From an uncultured Pseudomonadota bacterium (GTDB lineage Bacteria > Myxococcota_A > Bradymonadia > Bradymonadales > GCA-2716585): DNA of 64,000 bases. The notes under the pieces are model-generated. The model saw nothing but the letters and a program-made list of their open reading frames with translations. It was not told the origin of the DNA and did no database searches. Position 1 is the stretch's first letter; every line of letters begins with the position of its first letter. Both the position numbers and the translations under genes were made by a program. Where the stretch lies: assembly GCA_937123825.1 (NCBI GenBank), contig CAKZKQ010000402.1:922-64921 (forward strand), in the 5' to 3' direction. Of this stretch, positions 29,104 to 37,700 are shown piece by piece.

Positions 29104-30176
29104 CCCTCCTGGACCGAAGGCTCAAAACGGTAGAAACGGGCGGCGTTGTCGGCAAAGAGCGCCGGGAGATGGTCGGGGGCAAGCTCCCGGGCCAGCAGCT
29201 CGTAAGCGCCGTAGAGCACGTGGAAGGGCATCGAGACCCGGTCGACCGGAAAATTGGAGGCAAACATGGCGCGCTGGGGGCCAAAGACCTCCAGCGCGTG
29301 GCTGACCAACGGCATGAAGTCCTCGGCGACCTGCTGGGCGGTCGGCGCATAAGGGCGCAGGTGGTACCCCCAGCCAAGCACGGGCATGGCCAGCCCCGAG
29401 ATCTTGACCACCACGTTGGGACACTGGGCAAGCTCGGCCAAGTCGCGTCGCCATGTCTCAAGGGTGCGCTGACGGTCGGCGTCGGTGGCCCCAGCGCTGG
29501 CAAATGGGCCGCCGTAGGCCACCGGCGTGCCCAGGTGGCAGAGCACAATGGGGACTTGCGGGAAGGCCTTGGCCAACTCCGTCACCTGGGGCAGTTGGTG
29601 GTGGTAGCACCAGGCGTCAAACGAGAGCCCTCGGGCCGCCAGTTCCTCAAAACCCTGCCTGAAGGCGCGGGAACGGCTCAGTTCCGGGTCCGGGGCAAAA
29701 CTGTGGATGCGCTTGTCGGTGTGGCTGGCCAACATGTGCCGAATGCCCCGAAAGCGCGCGCTGGCCGCCTGGTGCGCCGCCAGGACCGCATCGACCTCAG
29801 ACCCCAGTGACATGTCCGCGTGGCCCACGATCGCCGCCGGGGGCCGCTCCAGGCCGTCGAGCCACGCCGTCTCCCCCACTGGCCCCATCGGACCCTTGCC
29901 CTGCCAGCCTGCCTGGACGTGGACCACGTCGGTGACCTTGTGGGCAAGGTGTGAGGCGTCGGCGGCGTGCTCGGGCGGCAGATAGTCCGACACCACGTCC
30001 ATCGACGCCCCAAAGAAGAGCACCAGATCCTTGGGAAAGGCGGTCTTGAGGACCCGGCGCAAGAGCCATTGGTTCCAACCAAAGAGCTTGACCACCACGG
30101 AAGTCTTGCGCGGGGTGCCCAGTTGGTCCCACAGGTGGATGTGGGGATCGATGATGCGCAGCGGCTCCTGGCCCAT
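29100..30176 (-). CDS. Amidohydrolase-2 family (TIM-barrel metal-dependent hydrolase)
   Basis: N-terminal LRIIDPHIHLWD metal-binding HxH motif, with conserved His/Asp spacing through the barrel. GAGGAG RBS before the MGQEPL start. First gene of the three-gene operon. Confidence 0.7.
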   Translation of the reverse strand: MGQEPLRIIDPHIHLWDQLGTPRKTSVVVKLFGWNQWLLRRVLKTAFPKDLVLFFGASMDVVSDYLPPEHAADASHLAHKVTDVVHVQAGWQGKGPMGPVGETAWLDGLERPPAAIVGHADMSLGSEVDAVLAAHQAASARFRGIRHMLASHTDKRIHSFAPDPELSRSRAFRQGFEELAARGLSFDAWCYHHQLPQVTELAKAFPQVPIVLCHLGTPVAYGGPFASAGATDADRQRTLETWRRDLAELAQCPNVVVKISGLAMPVLGWGYHLRPYAPTAQQVAEDFMPLVSHALEVFGPQRAMFASNFPVDRVSMPFHVLYGAYELLARELAPDHLPALFADNAARFYRFEPSVQEG

Positions 30177-30402
30177 AACGTCTCCTCGGTCGGTTTCTTT
30201 AGACATAGCACCCCATCCACGGCCAGCGGTCAACTCTGGCAAGGCTGGATCTTGTCACGGGCCAGGGCACCACGACAACACAAAACCACCACAGCGCCAA
30301 TGAAGGGCAGGCCAGCGACCTGCAGGTTGGTTTCACCAGGATCAACATCAGATTTTCAAGTCGGCGGCAGCCTGAAACACTCTTGACACTCCGTTAGCGT
30401 CG

Positions 30403-31512
30403 TTGCACCTTGGTTCCCGACACGTTTTACATCATCGCCTTTTCAAGTCGGGGTGCGCGCCCTTGGATGCTCAGAAGAGTACAGCCTCCAGCGAGTTTGA
30501 CCTTTACCTGGCCCAGTGCAGGGATCTTGTCATTGAAGAGATCAAAGACATCGTCCCCGCCGACGAGCGCTACGGTCCGGTGCTCTATGATTTGATGCTC
30601 GAGTACCCGCTGCGCAGAGCCAAGGGCTTTCGCCCGGCGCTGTGCATGGCCACCTGCCGGGCGCTCGGCGGGCATCTGGAGCAGACGCTGCGCACGGCGG
30701 CGGTGCTGGAGATGTACCACAACGCCTTTTTGATCCACGACGACGTGGAGGACGGCTCGCTTAAGCGCCGCGGCGGCCCGACTCTGCACCAGACCTACGG
30801 GGTGCCCATCGCGGTCAACGTCGGCGACGCGATGCTGGCGCTCTCGCTCCAGCCGCTGCTGGACAATATGGCGCTGCTGGGGCTGGGCAAGGCGCTGCGG
30901 ATCTTGCAAATGGTGGCCGAGATGGCCCGCCAGTCGGCCGAAGGCCAGGCGCTGGAGCTTTTCTGGATCCGCCAGGGCCGCTGGGGCCTTGAAGACGACG
31001 ATTACCGCCACCTGGTCCACAAAAAGACCGGCTGGTACACCTTTGTCGCCCCCATCCTCATCGGCGCCATCATCGCCGGGGTCGAAGACGAGCGCCAGGA
31101 GACGCTGCGCCAACTCTGCTGGGACCTAGGGATCGCCTTCCAGATCACCGACGACGTGCTCAACCTGGTGGCCAACGAAAACGCCTACGGCAAAGAGATC
31201 AACGGCGATCTGTGGGAAGGCAAGCACACCCTGATCCTCATGCACGCCATGCGCCAGGCCACCGACGCACAACGCGCCCAGCACGGGGCCACCCTGCGCA
31301 AAGCGCGCCACGAAAAAACCCCGCAAGAGGTCGCCGACCTGCGCGCGCTCATCGACGACAAAGGCTCCATTGGCTACGCGCAAGAAATCGCCGCCGCCCA
31401 CGCCAAGGCCGCCGCCGAGCACCTGCGCGCCACCGCCGACTGGATGCCGCCGTCGATCCACCGCGCCTTCATCCAGGAGTTGGTCCAGCGCGTCACCTCG
31501 CGCCTTGCTTGA
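30403..31512 (+). CDS. Polyprenyl diphosphate synthase (GGPP/FPP synthase family)
   Basis: First DDxxD motif FLIHDDVEDGSLKRRG and second motif FQITDDVLNL, with the KT/GKxxxDLxEGK region. The start is uncertain (TTG at 30403 or an internal site); no in-frame ATG lies near the N-terminus. Confidence 0.75.
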   Translation: MHLGSRHVLHHRLFKSGCAPLDAQKSTASSEFDLYLAQCRDLVIEEIKDIVPADERYGPVLYDLMLEYPLRRAKGFRPALCMATCRALGGHLEQTLRTAAVLEMYHNAFLIHDDVEDGSLKRRGGPTLHQTYGVPIAVNVGDAMLALSLQPLLDNMALLGLGKALRILQMVAEMARQSAEGQALELFWIRQGRWGLEDDDYRHLVHKKTGWYTFVAPILIGAIIAGVEDERQETLRQLCWDLGIAFQITDDVLNLVANENAYGKEINGDLWEGKHTLILMHAMRQATDAQRAQHGATLRKARHEKTPQEVADLRALIDDKGSIGYAQEIAAAHAKAAAEHLRATADWMPPSIHRAFIQELVQRVTSRLA

Positions 31513-31523
31513 GGCCCCGTCCC

Positions 31524-32441
31524 ATGAGCCAAAAAGAAACCATCACCTACGAACTCTACCGCAGCGCCGCGCGACGCCAGGCGGCGCTCCTGCTCAAAGG
31601 AATCCACCACATGAACCACCAATACCCCTGGCCCCACGGCCACTACCCCGGTCAGTACCCCGGCCAATGCCAGCCGCCCAGCGGCGCCGACATGCTCTAC
31701 CAACTCCACCGGGTCCACTTCTACATCCAAAACGAGCTTGCCAAGCTCCTGATGGGCGGCGTGCCCTACTGCCCACCGCAGCCCACACCGCCCGGCTGCG
31801 CACCACCCTGCCCCCCGCCCGCCAACCCCTGCCCTCCGCCCCAGGATCACTGCAGCCCGCCCCACAAACCCCACAAGGGCAGCTTCTGCGTGCACCCCGA
31901 GGTCTGGCTCAAACCGGACCCCAAAGACCCCTGCAAGGCCTGGGGCACCTTTGTGATCGAAAACCGCCGCAACGCCCACATGCGCGCCGACGTCTCGCTC
32001 TCGGCCTTTGAACCCGACGCCGTCCTGGTCACATCCATGGACGCGCGCTGGCAAATCACCCCCACCAGCAACGCCCGCACAGGCAACAGCCTGCAATCGG
32101 GCCAGGGCACCAGCATCCCCATCCCCCCGTGCAGCAGCGCCACCGTCACCTTCAGCATCGACTACAAAGACATCTTCCAGCGCGCCGGTGACTACACCGC
32201 CACCATCCACGTCGCCTCCGAAGGCAAAACGCGCCACTTTGACGTCAAGCTCAAGGTCGACCGCAAATGCCTCTGCGGCCCCAAAGGCACCGCCCCCGAC
32301 AAAGACTGCGCACCCCAAAACAGCCTCGAAGACCGACTCGGCAATCTGGAAGCAAATATGGCGAAGATACTCGCCCTGCTCGACAAGCAAAACGCCTCCG
32401 CTGAAGAAGAGGCCGCCCCAACCCCGACCATCGAGGAGTAA
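31524..32441 (+). CDS. Hypothetical Cys/Pro-rich protein with C-terminal coiled coil
   Basis: MSQKETITYELYRS...CPPQPTPPGCAPPCPPPANPCPPPQDHCSPPHKPHKGSFCVHPEVW...LEDRLGNLEANMAKILALLDK. High GC3. The upstream in-frame extension overlapping the synthase is rejected. Confidence 0.45.
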   Translation: MSQKETITYELYRSAARRQAALLLKGIHHMNHQYPWPHGHYPGQYPGQCQPPSGADMLYQLHRVHFYIQNELAKLLMGGVPYCPPQPTPPGCAPPCPPPANPCPPPQDHCSPPHKPHKGSFCVHPEVWLKPDPKDPCKAWGTFVIENRRNAHMRADVSLSAFEPDAVLVTSMDARWQITPTSNARTGNSLQSGQGTSIPIPPCSSATVTFSIDYKDIFQRAGDYTATIHVASEGKTRHFDVKLKVDRKCLCGPKGTAPDKDCAPQNSLEDRLGNLEANMAKILALLDKQNASAEEEAAPTPTIEE

Positions 32442-32447
32442 GGCCCC

Positions 32448-32903
32448 ATGTCCAACCTCATCCCGCGTCTGGTCTTTGACGAGGACGATCCGCAAGAGGC
32501 CAACGACAGCCCCGAGACACAGCGCGCCCAGGACGAAGCGCAGGTGGGTCAGGCCATCGAGCAGGCCCAGCGCATGCTCATCACCCACCCCATCGCCGCC
32601 CAGGCCATCTTTCGGGCCTTCGTGGCCGAGGGGCGACGCCACGCCCAGACCCCGCAGGGCGCCGCACTCAAGGCCCAGATCGAAGACTCCGAGCTGGTCC
32701 GGCGCGGGCGCGTGGTGTGGGAAGGGGTGACCTTCAACATGCTCGAAGAGGCCCAGCACGCCACCACCTTCCTGCCCTCGGCGCTGCTCGATGCGCTGGT
32801 GGCCGCCACCGCACACGTCGACGTCGATCAACTCCTTGAGCGCCACGCCAACCCCTGGAACCGCCACCATGACCCAACCAAAGCTGATCCATCGTCACGG
32901 TGA
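32448..32903 (+). CDS. Hypothetical protein (151 aa)
   Basis: GGAGTAAGG RBS 5 nt before the ATG. Coding-like GC3. No recognisable domain. Confidence 0.4.
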   Translation: MSNLIPRLVFDEDDPQEANDSPETQRAQDEAQVGQAIEQAQRMLITHPIAAQAIFRAFVAEGRRHAQTPQGAALKAQIEDSELVRRGRVVWEGVTFNMLEEAQHATTFLPSALLDALVAATAHVDVDQLLERHANPWNRHHDPTKADPSSR

Positions 32904-33177
32904 GGCCTTCAACGACCGCAACCACTTCCTCTTTGTGGCCCTGGGCGCCCACGCCATCAACGAGCGCCTCCAGACATTGCTGGACGGCTGCGCGCGGCTT
33001 AAATCGGCCACACCGACCGATCCCGAGCACGACGTGGTCTACTTCCTGCTCGGCCTGTCTGCCTTTGCCAATCAGGCCATGGACCACCTGGACGGCGCTC
33101 GCCAGTCGCCGCGCCAGCAAGACCCCATGGCCTTGACCGGCGACTCTGAGTTGACTGGCCGCCAGATGCTGGAGTGA
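32868..33177 (+). CDS. Hypothetical small protein (103 aa)
   Basis: MTQPKLIHRHGEAFNDRNHFLFVALGAHAINERL... Coding-like codon usage. Overlaps the previous ORF by 36 nt, so one of the two may be mis-called. Confidence 0.3.
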
Positions 33178-33181
33178 GCCT

Positions 33182-34222
33182 GTGGACCTGATCTCGGATG
33201 CCATCGTGCGCGCCGACTACTTTCGGCGCTCCCCCTTTGCCCACGGCGGTCGCGGCGGCCACAAAGAGTGGCTGCATTTCTGTGTGCACGGCCCCCAGGT
33301 GGCCGCCCTGATCAACTTCAGTGTCGTCGATGAGCGCCGCCACCACGGCCCGGTGCCCTGGCAAGAGGCCATGCGCCTGACCGTCCTGACCCACGACGGC
33401 CAGTGGGACGGCGACGTGGAGGTCTTTGACGCCCACGAGGTCCACCTGCCGGGCGGCAAAATCCACGCCCGCTACGGCCCCAACAGCCTGCGCTTCATCG
33501 ACGGGGCCTACCACATCCACGTCGAGATGCAGGACCGCCCCATCACCATGGACTTGCGCCTGCGGCCGCTGAGCATGCCGGGCCGCGCGCCCAACCTGAC
33601 CCGCGAAGACGGGCCGCCGATCCACTGGGTCGTGGTGCCGCGCCTGGAGGCCCACGGGACCATCACCATCGACGGCCGCGTCCATGAGCTGCACTGCGCG
33701 CCCGCCTACCACGATCACAACTGGGGGCACTGGTGCTGGGGCGATGATTTTGCCTGGGAGTGGGGTTTTGGACAGGACGAAGACCCGCAAAACCCCTGGA
33801 ACATGGTCTTTGTGCGGCTGACCAACCGCGCCCGCACGCGGATCATGGCTCAGGCCTTCTCGATCTGGAAGCACGGCCGCCAGATGCGCACCTTCCGGGA
33901 GCAGGAAGTGACCATCTTCCACGAAGGCAAGCACCTGCGCCCTGGGAGCGTCACCAAGATCCCTCGGGTCATGGGTTTGATCGCCCCGGCGCTGCCCACC
34001 GACGTCCCCCATTACCAAAACATCGTCGGCCACAGCGGTCAGGACCGGGTCACGTGCCGGTTTGAAGGCCACGACGTCAGCCAGGTCATCATCCCCAACG
34101 ACAACGACTTCGGCGTCACCATCATCAACGAGGTCAGCGGCGAGCTGTCCATGGAGGGTCAGATCGGCGGTGAGCCCATCAAAATGGCCGGGAGGGCGGT
34201 CTTTGAATTTCTGGGAGCATAG
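33182..34222 (+). CDS. CrtC/AttH-like (hydroxyneurosporene-synthase / lipocalin-like hydratase family) protein
   Basis: 346 aa. HWVVVPRLEAHGTITIDGRVHELHCAPAYHDHNWGHW resembles the aW-DHeW core of the CrtC/AttH family. GGAG RBS before the GTG start. Assignment is from memory of the family motif and is unverified. Confidence 0.5.
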   Translation: MDLISDAIVRADYFRRSPFAHGGRGGHKEWLHFCVHGPQVAALINFSVVDERRHHGPVPWQEAMRLTVLTHDGQWDGDVEVFDAHEVHLPGGKIHARYGPNSLRFIDGAYHIHVEMQDRPITMDLRLRPLSMPGRAPNLTREDGPPIHWVVVPRLEAHGTITIDGRVHELHCAPAYHDHNWGHWCWGDDFAWEWGFGQDEDPQNPWNMVFVRLTNRARTRIMAQAFSIWKHGRQMRTFREQEVTIFHEGKHLRPGSVTKIPRVMGLIAPALPTDVPHYQNIVGHSGQDRVTCRFEGHDVSQVIIPNDNDFGVTIINEVSGELSMEGQIGGEPIKMAGRAVFEFLGA

Positions 34223-34337
34223 CGCCAGCGGCGCCCAAAGAAACCCGGCCACCGGGGATGATTGCCATGACTTCCGGTCATTTTTGAAGCGCTCGCTGCG
34301 CCTGCTGTGGGAGCAGCACCCGCCGTCCTACCAACAA

Positions 34338-34700
34338 ATGGCCCTGGCGCTGGCAGGCAAGCGCGTCTTGATCGAGATCGACCACGAGGCCATCGCGCTG
34401 CGATTTGCCGACGGCACCGTCTACACCGAGGACCCACACGGTCACTTTGATGTCGAGGCGCGCACCAGCAAAGCCGTCATCCTGGGTCTGGTTGATGGCC
34501 AACACACGCTGATGAGCACGGTGCTTGAAGATCTCTTCTTTTTGCGCGGCGCGATGCCCGAGCTGCTGGCCTTTCACGAGGGGCTGACATTCTACCTCCA
34601 GGGCGCCGTGCGCGCGCCGTCATTTCCGGGGCTCTTGCGCCGCTTTCGGGCGCTGGAGCCGTCCCAGACCACCCCAACAACGCACACACAGGTGCGCTGA
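34338..34700 (+). CDS. SCP2-like small protein (sterol/lipid carrier fold)
   Basis: KRVLIEIDHEAIALRFADGTVYTED...AVILGLVDGQHTLMSTVLEDLFFLRGAMPELLAFHEGL fits the SCP2 alternating pattern. The upstream part of the listed ORF from 34062 is S/T/R-rich and non-coding-like. Confidence 0.4.
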   Translation: MALALAGKRVLIEIDHEAIALRFADGTVYTEDPHGHFDVEARTSKAVILGLVDGQHTLMSTVLEDLFFLRGAMPELLAFHEGLTFYLQGAVRAPSFPGLLRRFRALEPSQTTPTTHTQVR

Positions 34701-34720
34701 CCACACCAGGAGCCCACACC

Positions 34721-37700
34721 ATGGCCCACCAGGGAAAGAAAAAGCGGGTGGCGGTCTTTGGCGCCGGGGTCACCGGGCTGACCGTCGCACATGAGCTGGT
34801 CGAACGCGGCTTTGAAGTCCACGTCTACGAAAAAGACCGCGTCATCGGCGGCATGGCCGCCACCCAATACAGTACCCACCCAACCCACGGCTGCGAGCCG
34901 GTCGAGTGCGAGCCATGCCAGGACAAGCACCCTTGTCCGACACACACCATGACGCGCGTCGCGCGCGCTGGTCGCCCCTTGCAGGTCCTGGCCTTCTCGA
35001 CCCCGGAAGAAGCCGGCACGACGCGCAAACCCCACGCCGCCGAGGCCAGCACGCTCCTGGTCGGTGGCAGCGTCGGGATCAGCGTCTGGCGCGTGGACAC
35101 CGGGCGGCGCGTGGCCACCTTTGGCGACCGTGAAGAGATCACCGCTGTGGCCATCGACACCAACGAGCGGTGGATCGCCACCGGCGATCAACGCGGCCAC
35201 GTCAAAATCTGGGACCTGAAGAAGCGCAAGCGCGTCGCCTGCCACAGACCCGAAGGGAACCCTGGGCAGGTCCACAGCGTCGGAATCGCCTTTGACGCCG
35301 ACATCCAAACCATCACCGCCGTGGCCACCTACAGCCAGTGCGAGGTGACCCTTGAGGTCAACCTCCTGGCCATGGTGGACGGCACAGGCTGCGAGCCATC
35401 CCAGGTCCCCGTGGCCCACTGGCAACCCCCTCAGTGCGCCCAGGTTGGCACCGCCTTCGCCTATAAAGACCAAACCTTTGAACTCTGCCCAAAAGACGAC
35501 GACCCAGCGCTTCCTCGCCGCACCTTCGAGATCCCCGAGCTGCCTGACGCCGTCGCCTTCATGGACGTCGCCCCGGATGGACGATTTGTGGCCTTTGGTG
35601 ACCAAGAGGGACACGTCATGGTGGCGCAGATCGACGGGGATGACCTTCGGATTCACCAAGGACCGCTGGAAACCAGTTTGGAGTTGCGCAGCGTCCATCT
35701 CCTTGGCGGCAACAAAGTGGTGCTGCTGCGCTACCAAAGTGGGCTGCTGGAGTGGCGCGACTTTGATGATCTCTCGGTGGTCCTGCAGAGCCGCGACTTG
35801 AGCATCACATCACTCTTCGAAGACTTCCGTCTGCAGCCTGCGTTGATGGACTCAGCGCTCTCGGAAGACGATCGACTCTATGCCGCCGGTTACAGCGACG
35901 GTTCAGTGGCGCTCTGGTCTGTGGAGGGCGAGCAGATCTGGCTCAAGCCGGTGGGAGAAGACAGCGTCCAGCCGCGCGCGCTCCCTGGCATACAAGCGCA
36001 ACAAACCGAGCAAGACACCCTCTTGCTCAGGACGGGGATGGAAGCGGCGTACCACTTCGTGGGCGTCTCCAGCCAGGAGGACAGGCTGCTCTCTGTGATT
36101 TTTGCCACCGATCGACAGGGGCAACTGAACATGCAGGCCAGAGTCTGGGAGGTCAGCACAGGCACACACCAGGCCGAGTTCTCCAACACACTGACCGAAC
36201 TGCTGGCCGAAAACCTCAGCGAGCTGCCATCTTCGTTTGAGCGTGTCAAACTCTCGCTCAGCGGTCGCAGTGGCTCGTTGACCATCGACATGATGTTGCT
36301 CGGAAACGAAAAGTTCCAGCGCCAAACCATTGGGCTGGCCGCAAAAACACGCGCCCAAACCCAGCAACGCCCCGTATTCCAAAACGCCGCCGCGCGACAA
36401 AGCGATTGTGATCCATGCAAGCTCTTGGAGGACCCGTGCCTCCAGACCACAGCGTTGGTGGCCATGGACGACGGCACCACGCTTGTGGGCAGGGTCGACG
36501 GGAGCGTTCGTTGGAGTTTGGGGTCCATGGACGCCCCAACGCTCCCACATGGCACCGTCACCGCCGTCGACGCCATCGCGCACACGCAAAACGGACGCGA
36601 TCTGGTGCAGGTCGCCCTGGGACACGAAGACGGCACGCTCTTGTGGTTGACCTACGAGAAACTCACCAACACACTCAGCGGCAGCGCTCCCCCCAGGCTG
36701 GCCTTGCGCGCTGAGCGCCCCCATCGCCTCCATGATGGCCCCATCACCGCGTTGACCATCATCCGCAACCCCAGCGACTCAAGAAACCCAGTGTATGGCA
36801 TCGTGACGGGAGGCCAGGACAGGCGACTGCGCGGCTTGGATCTGGTCAACAACGCAGCCTTTTCGCTGGCCAGCAACCACGAAGGGCCCATCACCAGCAT
36901 CGTCTACCGCAAGATCCCCATGGTGGCGGCCCGCTCACTGAGCTTCGGCGCGCTCAACTGGCGCTCCTCGTACGAGGTCGCCGTCGGCTCCAGAGACATC
37001 ATCGACCGCGACAACACGGTCAAGCTCTGGGACTTGAGCGACGGCATGGAGATCCTCACCTACGAGCCGCACCCGTGGAAGCCGCTGCCGGGCGAGCACG
37101 GCTTTCGGTTCTTTCCGGCCTTCTACCGGCATGTCTTTGACACCATGGAGCGCACGCGCTTGCGAGCCGACCGCCACCGCACCCAGGCCGACAACATGGT
37201 GGCCACCACCAACCAGGGCATCGCCCTCCAGGACGGCCTGCTCTCCTTTGAGTTCGTGCGCAAGCGCGAACCCTCCGTCGAGGCCACCATCCGCACCGTG
37301 CACCAGGCCATGGCGGGGCTCGGCTACACCTACGGCGACATCGAGCGCTTCAAGGTCAAGACCCTCCAGTTCATGACTGCCTGCTCGGCCAGACGCCAAA
37401 CCTACGAGGAGATCTCCTGGTGGGATTTTGTCGAGGCCGAGCGCTTCAGCCCCCAAACCCAGCAGGCCCTCAACACCGTCCCCAGAGTCCTGGTTGCCAT
37501 GGACGCCATACGCGGCGACGCCCTGACTCAGGGCCTGGTCATGCTCCAACTCTTGATGGACCAGGGCAGCGACGGAGAACACACCGACCGGGTCCTCAAC
37601 GGCCCCTCCTCAGAGGCCTGGTTCAACCACTGGCAGGACTACCTCGAAGACCGAGGCGTGCACTTTCACCTCAACACCGCCATCGAGACCCTCCTGCTCG

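Noticed and set aside
31212-31523. Upstream extension of the Cys/Pro-rich ORF (listed as 31212..32441) and the listed ORF 31370..32011
   Set aside because: The extension overlaps the C-terminus of the polyprenyl synthase and its translation is Arg/Pro/Ala-rich and noncoding-like. MSQKE at 31524 follows the synthase stop.
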